Source: a virus. From it: DNA of 64,000 nt. The DNA is taken from positions 6,515 to 70,514 of the IMG/VR virus record IMGVR_UViG_3300045971_000437; one strand, 5' to 3'. A model generated the notes under the pieces. It made no database searches. It saw only the letters and a program-made list of their open reading frames with translations, and was not told the DNA's origin. The position numbers and the translations under genes were made by a program. Shown one piece after another: positions 1 through 9,475 of this stretch (the first letter of the stretch is position 1; every line of letters starts with the position of its first letter).

Positions 1-1
1 A

Positions 2-331
2 TCCATTTACTCCATACTTAGCAAGAAGTAATTTAGAGAATCCATCTATCGAAGCTACGTAAGCTAAATAAATTGCAAACATATCCCAGGTAAGTGTTCC
101 TTTAAGAGTTAACTGAACAACTATCCATGTTCCAACTACTCCTCCTATCAACTGCAATATTTTTGTAGTTGATACTTTTGTTCCATCTCTAGTTAGCATA
201 TCAAGCCAATCTAGTTTTTTATTACACTGAGCTCGCCATAATGCGAAAATGAATAGAGTTGCTAATATAAAAATTATTAGCCCATAAACATTTACTGAAT
301 AGCTACCCAAATAAATCATTGAGTGTTCCAT
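2..331 (-). CDS. Membrane protein, holin-like (3' end runs off the window; not in ORF track)
   Basis: Manual translation from ATG at 331: MEHSMIYLGSYSVNVYGLIIFILATLFIFALWRAQCNKKLDWLDMLTRDGTKVSTTKILQLIGGVVGTWIVVQLTLKGTLTWDMFAIYLAYVASIDGFSKLLLAKYGVNG..., open to the edge, three hydrophobic segments. Confidence 0.55.
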   Translation of the reverse strand, partial: MEHSMIYLGSYSVNVYGLIIFILATLFIFALWRAQCNKKLDWLDMLTRDGTKVSTTKILQLIGGVVGTWIVVQLTLKGTLTWDMFAIYLAYVASIDGFSKLLLAKYGVNG

Positions 332-360
332 ATTTTGCCTTTGAATTTCGGTTGTGGTGT

Positions 361-984
361 TCATTTATCGTCCTTTTTATTATCTGTTAATATTGAGTAC
401 TGCTTTCTAATTTTGCATATATTTGATGTTTGCTTTTTTGATGTGTGAATCTGTTTTTGCGTATCCCACTTTCTCCATTTATAACAGACATGTGGAAAAT
501 ATTCCCACTCTGTGAGTAGAGCAACTTCCGCAAAAAATATTTGGTCAAAATAATATGCATCATTATCATCATCTAATTTTCTTATTGCATTTTCTGCTGC
601 AATTATAGCTATTTCTCTATCGATAATAACTAATTGGTGAATTAGAAACTTACCATTTAAAAAATTAGTCCTATTCCATTCATGTTCACTGCTGTATTGC
701 TGACCAATTTTATCTCCTTTTGAATCTATAAAAATAGAATTGGTGTATATTGCTTTGCATTTATGTTCTATTAAATAATTTTTGAGATTATTTAAATTCA
801 CAACGATATCGTCATCATCACAATACGAAACATATTGAGAAGTTGCCTGTCTAAACATTTTCAATCTAGCAATTGCTAAATTGGGACCAGAAGTAAAAAT
901 AATATTTTCACCATTTAAACTATCTACAGCCTCTTCTAAAAATGGTGAACCTTGTGGTCGCAATACAATATTAAAATCTATCAT
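361..984 (-). CDS. GT-A fold (GT2-like) glycosyltransferase
   Basis: YVSYCDDDD DxD-type motif after an N-terminal nucleotide-binding-like strand/helix; ATGA overlap with the upstream tail-fibre gene. Confidence 0.65.
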   Translation of the reverse strand: MIDFNIVLRPQGSPFLEEAVDSLNGENIIFTSGPNLAIARLKMFRQATSQYVSYCDDDDIVVNLNNLKNYLIEHKCKAIYTNSIFIDSKGDKIGQQYSSEHEWNRTNFLNGKFLIHQLVIIDREIAIIAAENAIRKLDDDNDAYYFDQIFFAEVALLTEWEYFPHVCYKWRKWDTQKQIHTSKKQTSNICKIRKQYSILTDNKKDDK

Positions 985-3731
985 GGACCTATAAATGGAG
1001 CTAAGCTTAAAAGTTTAATGAAGCGCACTGATGAACTAGCGCCAACTATAAGAAAATTTCCTACTTCTGAATCTTGCCAAATAGCTAATTTGTATGCATT
1101 ACCCGATCTCATATAATGAGTAAAGGTTAAAGATTTTGAGAATGAACCGTAAAAATCTTTACCATATATTATTTCTGTTTGTTCTGGTCCATCTAAAGAT
1201 GAGTTTCCACCCACTGCAACTAATTTGAATTTTAGAGCTGATAGTGCACCATAAGCAAAACTATTATAATTCGAAATTCTTAAATTAACTTGTACCATAT
1301 ATAAGCCATCATCACCAGGATAAAAACCTACATTGCCGTCTCCATCTATAACTTCAATAATTCCAGCAGGATTTAAATTTGACGCACCAGTCCAAAGTGC
1401 ATTTGGAATTGGATTAGTAGCTTGAAGACTCGGAGCACTAGATTCTGAACCATAAGTTGGTAAATATTGATCGCCAGTAGTTTCCCAATCACAATAAATT
1501 ATAGATGAACCTCCACCGGATGATGGGGCTGGTGCAGTTGAAATCCATCTCTGTTGCGCATTATTCCAAGTTAGTACATCACCCTCGAATGGTCCAGCAG
1601 TTGAATTACCATTTGGCAACACAAATAAATCTACATCACCTAAATCTTCTAAGTATGGGGTTGTCTGCTGAATAAACGTTGCTGGTAATGCTACGTGATT
1701 ATCAATTGCATTATTACTTATGCTATCAATTACTAATAATCCGCTAGCATAATCATAAACTATTGTTATATCATGCATGTGCCCAGCAACATCATCTGAT
1801 GATATAACAAACGTATATGTTTGCGATGTGCCATCATTTGCTGCCATTGCCAGCGTTAAATCATTTAACGTAATTATAGCAGAGTGGGAATGCGTTCCAC
1901 TTGGTATACCAATCTGAAGATGGAATATTGCAGCTGTTCCATTGCCACTTGGAACAGCTGAGTTTACCCACTTCAAGCCATTAAATGTCAATACTTGATT
2001 TGTACTTGGTAATATAATATTCGTATCAGTTAATCCGGAAAGTGCATGCGTATGTGATACATTAGCTTTTCCGTCTAGCGCATCTTGAAGACCTATCACC
2101 GCAGCAATGATATGTCCATGTACCACATTAGCTTTTCCATCTAGTGCATCTTGAAGACCTGTTGTATCAGCAATAACATGCCAATGTCCAACATCAGATT
2201 TATCATTAAGTGCAGTTTGTAAACCGGCAATGTTATTAATTACGTGGCCGTGGCCAACAAATGATTTATCATCTAAAGATGATTGCAATCCTGCAACTTC
2301 GGGAATTGAGTGACCATGTCCAATATCAGATTTGCCATTTAATGTTGTTTGTAATCCAGTAGTATCGGCAATTATGTGACTGTGACTTAGGTCAGCCTTA
2401 TTATCCAATGCGGACTGTAATCCAGAAACTTCGGGAATTGAATGCCCATGACTTATATCAGCCTTATTATCTAATGCAGTCTGTAATCCAGATGTGTCAG
2501 TGATTATATGTCCGTGCCCAACATTAGATTTATCATTAAGCGCAGTCTGCAAGTCAGTAGTATCCGCAATGATATGCATGTGATCAATATTGGATTTCTC
2601 TGGATGAGGATGACCAACATCGGATTTATTTGACAGTATATTTTCTATCGAAGTTATGCGCGCTATATCTGCAGCTGAAATATATCCATCTGTTGAATCA
2701 TCTGCTTTATTAATTCCAATTATTGGAAAATCTGAGCTACCTGATATGCTAAGTGGTAATGTAGTTCCTACTCCACTTAACCCGGACGATGTTACTATAT
2801 CAGTGTCAGTGCTGAATAATAACAAAATACTCTGTGTTCCGACTATTATTCCGACTATAGTTTTCTTGTGAAGATTTGGTTCGACTAAAGTTACTGTTCC
2901 TGTTGATGTGCAATAAACTTTCTTTCCTATTTCGCTTGCACTCCAATTCCATTGTTCATTAGTAACAGATTTACCACCAGTAACTAAAGTCACTGCGTCA
3001 TTTTGATATGCGTCAACAGTTATTAATCCTATTGGTGCCTTAGTTATTTCATCGGGGGCTTGCCCAGATGCTAGAGCTGCTCTACCATTTAGAATATAAA
3101 CTAATGAAAATTTAGGAATGTTTTCATTTGCCTGTAATACTATCTGAGCACCATCTAATTTTACCAATGACCCAGTATCAACTGAACTTAAATCTGTATT
3201 GGTGGTTAAAAATTCGCCTTTTGAATTTTTAAATGCGCCGCCTAATCCATCTGACATTATTGTGCCAGCATCTGTTGGTGTATTTAACCCAACCTGTGAT
3301 TCAAATGGTGCTGGAATTACTGTACTACCGAATCTTAATTCACCAGCAAGAACGCGAAGAGTATTTACCCATCTAGATCCGTTAAAAACCTTCATCAAAT
3401 TACTTGATGTATCCCACCACATTTGATCTATAACTTCAGCTGGCGGATTCGGAGATGTAACAGGGGATAGTGTAGTAAATGATCTTGTTACTATTCCATT
3501 AGCTTGATTTATTTCCCAATATAGATATCTTGTATCTGGACCATAAAACGGCCCCCAAGCATTTGAGACACTTCTCTGTTCAACTATTAAGTAATCTGTA
3601 TCTCCGACTGCAACAGCTGCTGTTACTGGAGTTGGGTTAACGATAATATCAATATAACGATCACCACTTAAATCCTTTAACAAGAAGCTATCTTGAGCTG
3701 AAATCAGTCCTTGTCTATATGCTATTCTCAT
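981..3731 (-). CDS. Tail fibre / virion structural protein with HxH repeat shaft
   Basis: 916 aa; beta-rich N-terminus, 22-aa HxHxIxxxxGLQxALDxK repeats, LxDLxDV-type motifs; late-promoter motif upstream. Confidence 0.75.
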   Translation of the reverse strand: MRIAYRQGLISAQDSFLLKDLSGDRYIDIIVNPTPVTAAVAVGDTDYLIVEQRSVSNAWGPFYGPDTRYLYWEINQANGIVTRSFTTLSPVTSPNPPAEVIDQMWWDTSSNLMKVFNGSRWVNTLRVLAGELRFGSTVIPAPFESQVGLNTPTDAGTIMSDGLGGAFKNSKGEFLTTNTDLSSVDTGSLVKLDGAQIVLQANENIPKFSLVYILNGRAALASGQAPDEITKAPIGLITVDAYQNDAVTLVTGGKSVTNEQWNWSASEIGKKVYCTSTGTVTLVEPNLHKKTIVGIIVGTQSILLLFSTDTDIVTSSGLSGVGTTLPLSISGSSDFPIIGINKADDSTDGYISAADIARITSIENILSNKSDVGHPHPEKSNIDHMHIIADTTDLQTALNDKSNVGHGHIITDTSGLQTALDNKADISHGHSIPEVSGLQSALDNKADLSHSHIIADTTGLQTTLNGKSDIGHGHSIPEVAGLQSSLDDKSFVGHGHVINNIAGLQTALNDKSDVGHWHVIADTTGLQDALDGKANVVHGHIIAAVIGLQDALDGKANVSHTHALSGLTDTNIILPSTNQVLTFNGLKWVNSAVPSGNGTAAIFHLQIGIPSGTHSHSAIITLNDLTLAMAANDGTSQTYTFVISSDDVAGHMHDITIVYDYASGLLVIDSISNNAIDNHVALPATFIQQTTPYLEDLGDVDLFVLPNGNSTAGPFEGDVLTWNNAQQRWISTAPAPSSGGGSSIIYCDWETTGDQYLPTYGSESSAPSLQATNPIPNALWTGASNLNPAGIIEVIDGDGNVGFYPGDDGLYMVQVNLRISNYNSFAYGALSALKFKLVAVGGNSSLDGPEQTEIIYGKDFYGSFSKSLTFTHYMRSGNAYKLAIWQDSEVGNFLIVGASSSVRFIKLLSLAPFIGP
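2046..2612 (-). repeat. Tandem 66-nt (22-aa) coding repeats, 10 HxH motifs
   Basis: HPH, HMH, HGH, HGH, HSH, HGH, HGH, HWH, HGH, HTH; spacers mostly of the IxDTTGLQxALxxKxxV type. Confidence 0.9.
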
Positions 3732-3762
3732 TGCTTATTTCCCTGTTATTAACTATAACAAC

Positions 3763-3770
3763 TATTTATT
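3763..3770 (-). promoter_or_regulatory. T4-like late promoter (AATAAATA)
   Basis: Matches the T4 late TATAAATA core about 30 nt upstream of the fibre gene; the motif recurs before most structural genes. Confidence 0.6.
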
Positions 3771-3780
3771 CCAGCACGTC

Positions 3781-3814
3781 AAAAAGGGCTGTTTAAATTT
3801 ATTTAAACAGCCCT
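3781..3814 (-). terminator. Intrinsic terminator after glutaredoxin
   Basis: 14-bp stem agggctgtttaaat/atttaaacagccct followed by a U-run on the minus strand. Confidence 0.75.
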
Positions 3815-3831
3815 GTATTTTTAAGTTAGTA

Positions 3832-4080
3832 TTAAGCTAACAATGACATTTTTAGTGCATCAAATCCACCAATATGTTCTTCATTTTTAAATATTTGAGG
3901 AACTGTTTTAACTGATGGCAGTCTACTTTTTAGAGTTTCAACAGTAACATATTCTTTAGCAGAATCTTTAACCTGACCCACATCAATAATAAGTTCTGAA
4001 TATTCTAAATTTTTAAGCTGAAGCAAAGCTTTAGCTTGATCACAATAAGTGCAGTTTGGTTTCGAGTATATTGTATACAT
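3832..4080 (-). CDS. Glutaredoxin (NrdC/NrdH-like)
   Basis: CTYC active site, TVPQIF and IGGFD motifs; start moved to MYTIYSKP at 4080 (AAGGA upstream). Confidence 0.9.
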   Translation of the reverse strand: MYTIYSKPNCTYCDQAKALLQLKNLEYSELIIDVGQVKDSAKEYVTVETLKSRLPSVKTVPQIFKNEEHIGGFDALKMSLLA

Positions 4081-4106
4081 AATTTCCTTCATGAAAATGT
4101 TATTTG

Positions 4107-5957
4107 TTAAAGCGCGCATCCATCGCCAGCGCAGGCAGCCTGATCTGATAAAGATGTGTTATCATCTATTTCTACTACTTTTGTTAGGTTAATTTTATGC
4201 AGATGTTTTTCCATTTCTTCGAATACTTCTTTAGTGCAATCTTCAAATGGGGCTTGAACATAAGTTCCACCATTGAAAGGCAACACAGAAATACCTGTAT
4301 AGCTATCACGATTGCTCCACATCCACGGTCTTACTAATTCCCAATCTTCTGGTTTTAGAGAAATAGTACAAGACACATTATGGAAATTTTCTCCAGAATT
4401 GTGTCCAGCTTGTACCCATTCCAAATTGAATCGTTTAACACGTTCAAGAGTATCTAAAGCACTTTCAGTTCTCAAAATAGAACCTTCTGGAGCTTTTTGC
4501 GGGAATGACATTACAGCTTCTAGATGCGGTTTAAACTTGCAATCTTCAATGAGCTCTGGGAATTGCTTAGACATATAACCATATAGAGCTTCATTTTTAC
4601 CAACACGCATTCTACGGATATAATAATCATTATGCCATGCATGAATACCAGATGAAGAACCGACAGCCAATGAAGATGTACCGGAAGGTTTAACCGTTGT
4701 TGTACGAGCGGCTGGATTAATACCAATGATTGAAGCAATACGAATATTTTCCTTGACGACTTCTTTTGCTGCTTCTTTAAGATTCAAAGCAAGTACTTTG
4801 CCAGAACCAATACCTGTCATACCAACACCAATCAATGCTTCACGACGAGTATTGTCTTGCCACTCTGGACGTAGATAATGGAAGTCTGTGTAGCCAGCTT
4901 GGAGTGTTCCAATAAAGGCAGCAGCTCTAGAGATCGCATTCAGTTCTTCTTGAGTGTTACAATCACTTACATTTGTTTCTGTTAGATTACAGAATTGTTG
5001 ATCGTGTAAAGAAATTTCTGCACAAGGATTTGTACCTAAGTTCAAATCATTTGTCCAAAAGATTCCTGGCTCACCAGCATTTGAATCTTTGATGCGTTCC
5101 CAAAGAGCATTAAATTGATCTTCTGTAACGGAATTACGGAGTAACACAACAGAGTTATTAGCACGACCACGTTGAGGATTCAATTCCCACCATTCGCCTG
5201 ACTTGCATGAAATCATATCCATGTCTGTAGCATCGAACAATGTAATTAACGCGGCACGGCGAATACCACCAGATAAAACAGCATCAGCAATGTGACACAT
5301 GATATCATGAACTTCTAAAGATTTAAGTTGACGACCTTTTGCATTTGAAAATATAGAACGTAGATATTCTATACAGATACGAAGTGGATCTGGACCAGGT
5401 GCTTTACCACCAGAGGTAACAAGTCTTGCGCCTTTAGGACGAATATCTCTGAAATCAAATATCGGTTCTGCTTTACCGTTAAAATATGCAGCAACCAAAA
5501 CTTTAATTGCATCTGCCCAACCTTCAATTGAGTCACCAACTAAGAATCGACGTTTACGTTCGCTTACGCCTTGAACGACTGGTAATTTTGAGATGTGATG
5601 ATTTTGTACTGAGTATCCTAAACCAGTTCCACCAAGTAATAAAAACATGGCTTCGCTAAATACTTCAATACTGTGTGCCGCCATAAATGCGCAGTTGAAA
5701 ATTCTGTTGTTTGCTAATTCAATTGGCATTCCACCAAATTGCATTGAGCGCATTGAAGGTAAAACTTTACGTGTGTAAACATATTTCTTGTAAATCTTGC
5801 TGATTTCTTCAGCCAACATTGGGTATTTCTTGATATGCATTTCTTTATTTCTATCGCAAATTTCCTCCCAAGATTCGCGACGATTTATTGCGGGTGAAAA
5901 TTTAGCGTATTTGTTAAAGACTGTAATGTCTGAGAGAATTTTTTGTGAGATATCCAT
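4107..5957 (-). CDS. nrdJ: Class II (adenosylcobalamin-dependent) ribonucleotide reductase
   Basis: FNCAF, TNPCAEISL, FCNLTE, TTVKPSGTSS and C-terminal ACAGDGC motifs; no beta subunit adjacent. Confidence 0.85.
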   Translation of the reverse strand: MDISQKILSDITVFNKYAKFSPAINRRESWEEICDRNKEMHIKKYPMLAEEISKIYKKYVYTRKVLPSMRSMQFGGMPIELANNRIFNCAFMAAHSIEVFSEAMFLLLGGTGLGYSVQNHHISKLPVVQGVSERKRRFLVGDSIEGWADAIKVLVAAYFNGKAEPIFDFRDIRPKGARLVTSGGKAPGPDPLRICIEYLRSIFSNAKGRQLKSLEVHDIMCHIADAVLSGGIRRAALITLFDATDMDMISCKSGEWWELNPQRGRANNSVVLLRNSVTEDQFNALWERIKDSNAGEPGIFWTNDLNLGTNPCAEISLHDQQFCNLTETNVSDCNTQEELNAISRAAAFIGTLQAGYTDFHYLRPEWQDNTRREALIGVGMTGIGSGKVLALNLKEAAKEVVKENIRIASIIGINPAARTTTVKPSGTSSLAVGSSSGIHAWHNDYYIRRMRVGKNEALYGYMSKQFPELIEDCKFKPHLEAVMSFPQKAPEGSILRTESALDTLERVKRFNLEWVQAGHNSGENFHNVSCTISLKPEDWELVRPWMWSNRDSYTGISVLPFNGGTYVQAPFEDCTKEVFEEMEKHLHKINLTKVVEIDDNTSLSDQAACAGDGCAL

Positions 5958-6049
5958 TAATTTATAAAATGAGAAGTATAGTCTGCCGATTATTCTAGTG
6001 AATAATTTAGGGTTGTTAAATTGTTTTTATCCTATTTAGGATTTGAAAC

Positions 6050-6640
6050 TTATAGTTGTGATACAGTGAATTCCGTTACTTCGTTTATTCTACGCATCCA
6101 TCCATTTAAGAATATTCCCTGTGATGGGGTTCTTAGTACAATGTCATTATAGAATTTAGCTCTGATTTTTGATAATGATAATATTAATTCTTTCATGTCG
6201 CAGCTATTAATTTTAGCTAGTGTGCCAGGACCAATTTGACCATCGATCTGATCTAGATTCATTCCTGCTGCTGTTTGAAGAAATTTACAAGCACGGCCAA
6301 CACCATGATTTACGCATCCATCAAAATGGATTATGTTTAATGGGTACGATAATTTATCGCTTGCACTTTTAAGATAATATTTATTATAATAAACATCCAT
6401 GGCTCCTGCTAAATTCAAGTCATGAACATTTGTTTCAGGATTAGAATTTTGTGCAATGCCATATTTAGTTTCGCCGCCTTTATCTGCTGATATGTTTACA
6501 TAGCCGACTTTCTTTCGCTGCGCTGAAGTTGCTATTAAACCTGCGACTGTTTCGGGGTCTTCAGAGTTAAACCCTGCTCCAATTTCGTAAATCATTGCAT
6601 GATTAAAAGCTTTTAGAAATTCAGCAGTAAACTCAGTCAT
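6050..6640 (-). CDS. Endolysin, glycoside hydrolase family 108 with peptidoglycan-binding C-terminus
   Basis: DKGGETKYGI, HFDGCVNHGVGRA, DGQIGPGTL and FLNGWMRR motifs. Confidence 0.85.
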   Translation of the reverse strand: MTEFTAEFLKAFNHAMIYEIGAGFNSEDPETVAGLIATSAQRKKVGYVNISADKGGETKYGIAQNSNPETNVHDLNLAGAMDVYYNKYYLKSASDKLSYPLNIIHFDGCVNHGVGRACKFLQTAAGMNLDQIDGQIGPGTLAKINSCDMKELILSLSKIRAKFYNDIVLRTPSQGIFLNGWMRRINEVTEFTVSQL

Positions 6641-6682
6641 AATATCCCCATAATTTGTTATTTGATTATGGGGATATTTATA
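6641..6682 (-). promoter_or_regulatory. Late promoter TATAAATA inside a 14-bp hairpin that occludes the endolysin RBS
   Basis: Minus strand TATAAATATCCCCATAAT-CAAATAACAA-ATTATGGGGATATT-ATG. Confidence 0.75.
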
Positions 6683-6713
6683 CGTTTGCCGGCGGAAATG
6701 CCATCAGGCGACA

Positions 6714-7229
6714 TCACCAGGAGACTAAATCTCCTACTACTTTTCCAGCTAAGAATTTATATAAGTCATGAGGACCGATAACAACTGATAACTGAAATTG
6801 TTTTCCTAGCCCTTGTGGAGATGGGCCGACTGGATGAACTAGTGCTGTACCTTTGCCGATCATTGGATGAACCAATGAAACATCTTCAGCATAGTCAATA
6901 ACCATAACATCTAAAGTTCTTAATCGCATTTCATCTGGTGAAAAAGAATATGCTAAATGTTTAATCGTTGCACAAGATTGAATACTTACAGTATCAATTT
7001 GATAAGTCTCGAGGTCAGTTACTAGAATTTGCCAATTAGCTGGTACCCAGAATTCTGCATTATTAATTCGAACTTTGATAACCGCGCCAGAAGTTTCTTC
7101 TAAGTAAGTAATGGGAGACAACATAAAATCAACAGATGGTCCATGAAAAATCCAGTTGTGTTTTACTACGACTGGAGCAGTCAAGGAATCTATCAAATAA
7201 GGCCGACCATAGTCAGGTAAAATTTGCAT
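6714..7229 (-). CDS. Hypothetical protein
   Basis: 171-aa ORF downstream of the helicase with an AAGGA RBS; beta-rich. Confidence 0.6.
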   Translation of the reverse strand: MQILPDYGRPYLIDSLTAPVVVKHNWIFHGPSVDFMLSPITYLEETSGAVIKVRINNAEFWVPANWQILVTDLETYQIDTVSIQSCATIKHLAYSFSPDEMRLRTLDVMVIDYAEDVSLVHPMIGKGTALVHPVGPSPQGLGKQFQLSVVIGPHDLYKFLAGKVVGDLVSW

Positions 7230-7284
7230 TATATTTCCTTTAAAAATTTATTATATCATTTTAAGAGCTAATTTAAAACTTGAG

Positions 7285-8703
7285 TCAGCCTTTAATTTTT
7301 ACTGTTTGCTTTTTAAGTACAGGGTAACCCGCTTCAGTATAATGCTTCACTCGTTCCTTGTGATGTTTCTTTGCCCACTTCTGCTTAGAATGTATATCAA
7401 CTACGTGAACAGCATCTTTATCGTGTCCTAATCGCAAACCACGACCAATTGATTGAATTGCTTTAATGAATGATTTGCCTGCATCAACAAGCATCAAACA
7501 AAATATACGATCAATCGAAATACCAGTGGAAGCAATTCCAGAAGAAGCAATAACAATTAAGTCATCCTGATTTTCAAACATATCATAATGTTCTTTCCTC
7601 AAGTCTTTCTTTGACTTACCATATAAGAACACAGCACCCTTAATAAGTGATGCAAGTTTTTCACCGAAAGGAATAGAATTCACAAGAACCAGTGTGTTCC
7701 CGTATGCTGCCGCTTTGGATATGATGAGGTCTGCAATCATTTCCATTCTAGCTGGGGATTTAGATAAAAACGCTTTCTCGGCATCATAATCAGGAAAGTC
7801 TTCATCTACATACATTTCGTGTAACTCGATAGGATCAATTTCAACTTTAGCTAAATATCCATTTTCAATTAACCATGATGCTGGAATCTCTTTAAGAATT
7901 GGACCAAGAGTGGCATGTAGAGTCATTCGCTCTACCTCAGGCTTAGGCATAGTTCCAGTTACACCAAAACGAAATGCTATATGTTTTCCATTATCGTTCA
8001 ATAATTTTTGAGCAACTGTTGACTTTGCTCCATGCATTTCATCCCAAATTACAGCATTGAACTCTAAGAGAATAGTTGGGTTATACTGGAGTGCTTGCCA
8101 GGTTGCTACAACATGCTGATGGTTAATATCTTTTTCTGTACCAGAATAGACACCACAATCCATTCCTAAGGATAAATACCAGTCAGCAGTTTGAGTAACA
8201 AGATCGCCAGATGGAACAATAGTAATAACTTTATTTCCCATCTCAGCATATCGCTGTGATATACCAGCAGTTATAGAAGTTTTACCTGCACCTGTACCAG
8301 CTAAAATAATACCGCAACCATTTTCGATTGCTTTGTCAACACACTCTTGTTGATATGGACGTAGTCTAAAAGGCTTTCCTCCGACTTCAACATCGCCAAA
8401 TAAATCAACTTTGGTCGGAGCAGCTGGAGCAACAGTGGGTTTTCTATTATCTGTTAACTCAATATCGTAATTCCATTTATCAAGATATGGAATTATTTTA
8501 TCTAATAGGCGAACGTATGTTTTACCGGTCTTCTCATAGAATCTTACCTTACCATCCCAACGACCCATTTTATACATAGGCATGAAAAAATAACCATCAA
8601 CAAATATACCAAAATCTTTGTAAAGAGTTTCAGTATGTTCTGGGGATAGTCCAGTAAGATAACACCATACTTCATCCTTAACCGTAATTCGGCATAAACT
8701 CAT
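7285..8703 (-). CDS. uvsW: UvsW-like SF2 DNA helicase
   Basis: LRPYQ Q-motif, GTGAGKT, DEMH, GVTGT, STGISI and QSIGRGLR; lies in the recombination block. Confidence 0.9.
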   Translation of the reverse strand: MSLCRITVKDEVWCYLTGLSPEHTETLYKDFGIFVDGYFFMPMYKMGRWDGKVRFYEKTGKTYVRLLDKIIPYLDKWNYDIELTDNRKPTVAPAAPTKVDLFGDVEVGGKPFRLRPYQQECVDKAIENGCGIILAGTGAGKTSITAGISQRYAEMGNKVITIVPSGDLVTQTADWYLSLGMDCGVYSGTEKDINHQHVVATWQALQYNPTILLEFNAVIWDEMHGAKSTVAQKLLNDNGKHIAFRFGVTGTMPKPEVERMTLHATLGPILKEIPASWLIENGYLAKVEIDPIELHEMYVDEDFPDYDAEKAFLSKSPARMEMIADLIISKAAAYGNTLVLVNSIPFGEKLASLIKGAVFLYGKSKKDLRKEHYDMFENQDDLIVIASSGIASTGISIDRIFCLMLVDAGKSFIKAIQSIGRGLRLGHDKDAVHVVDIHSKQKWAKKHHKERVKHYTEAGYPVLKKQTVKIKG

Positions 8704-9164
8704 AGTATTGTTTCCTGTAATTCAGCTACACGTAACTTGGTAATATGGGATACCATCCAACCGATTTGTTTTATAGAATCAGTAATGGATAGCATGTGGT
8801 TTTTTAACAGCGTGACTTCAATAATAATTTGATTTATTTCAACTATATCTTTTTCACCTGCAATATAAGATGTTATATCTTTAGTGGAAAGAGCGCGAGA
8901 GTATCCCTCATTATATTTTTTCCAAAGCTTAGCAACTTTTTTATCTTTTTGATTTGCGATCCAATCTTCAAGTGATTTTAATTCTTGATATGATTTATCA
9001 TATGAAGCTTGGTGCTGTGGTACGGTGCGGATAATTTCTTCAAGCTTGCGCCCATCTAGATTAAAGATAGCCTCAGCTGCTTTAATTTTCTTTTCGTATT
9101 TTGGAAGCTGATCCACTAAAATACTACCAAGATCATCTTCATTTAATGTAAGTAAAAAACTCAT
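8700..9164 (-). CDS. uvsY: UvsY-like recombination mediator
   Basis: C-terminal ALSTKDITSYIAGE...GWMVSHITKLRVAEL pattern; between uvsX and uvsW; start moved to MSFLL (ATGA overlap). Confidence 0.7.
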   Translation of the reverse strand: MSFLLTLNEDDLGSILVDQLPKYEKKIKAAEAIFNLDGRKLEEIIRTVPQHQASYDKSYQELKSLEDWIANQKDKKVAKLWKKYNEGYSRALSTKDITSYIAGEKDIVEINQIIIEVTLLKNHMLSITDSIKQIGWMVSHITKLRVAELQETIL

Positions 9165-9463
9165 TCTGTATTTCCTCGAGCGATGCAGAAACATTCACTA
9201 TCATATTCATAATCAATACATCTGTCTGTTAAGTGCTTAAAAGTTTTTAAGTCTGTATAAACCATTGGTGTTGTTGAAATGAGAATTTCATAATGCGGAT
9301 TTTGACAATAAGAATCTGTATGAACTGAATATTCAAAAGTTATTAATCCGGTATAATCTCTAGAAAGATAAATGCATGCAACTGTAGTGCTAGAATGGCT
9401 CTCATGTTTTTTAATCATGTCCAAAAGTTTGGCACGCGCACAGAGTGTAATTAAATTGTTCAT
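9161..9463 (-). CDS. Hypothetical protein (weak HesB/IscA-like pattern)
   Basis: 100-aa ORF; ITLCARAK...VYTD...IDY pattern. Confidence 0.45.
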   Translation of the reverse strand: MNNLITLCARAKLLDMIKKHESHSSTTVACIYLSRDYTGLITFEYSVHTDSYCQNPHYEILISTTPMVYTDLKTFKHLTDRCIDYEYDSECFCIARGNTE

Positions 9464-9475
9464 TTGAAATAAAAG

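Noticed and set aside
2046-2612. Regularly spaced repeats that could suggest a CRISPR array
   Set aside because: Degenerate, in-frame 66-nt coding repeats with no constant repeat and unique spacer pattern; no cas genes in the window
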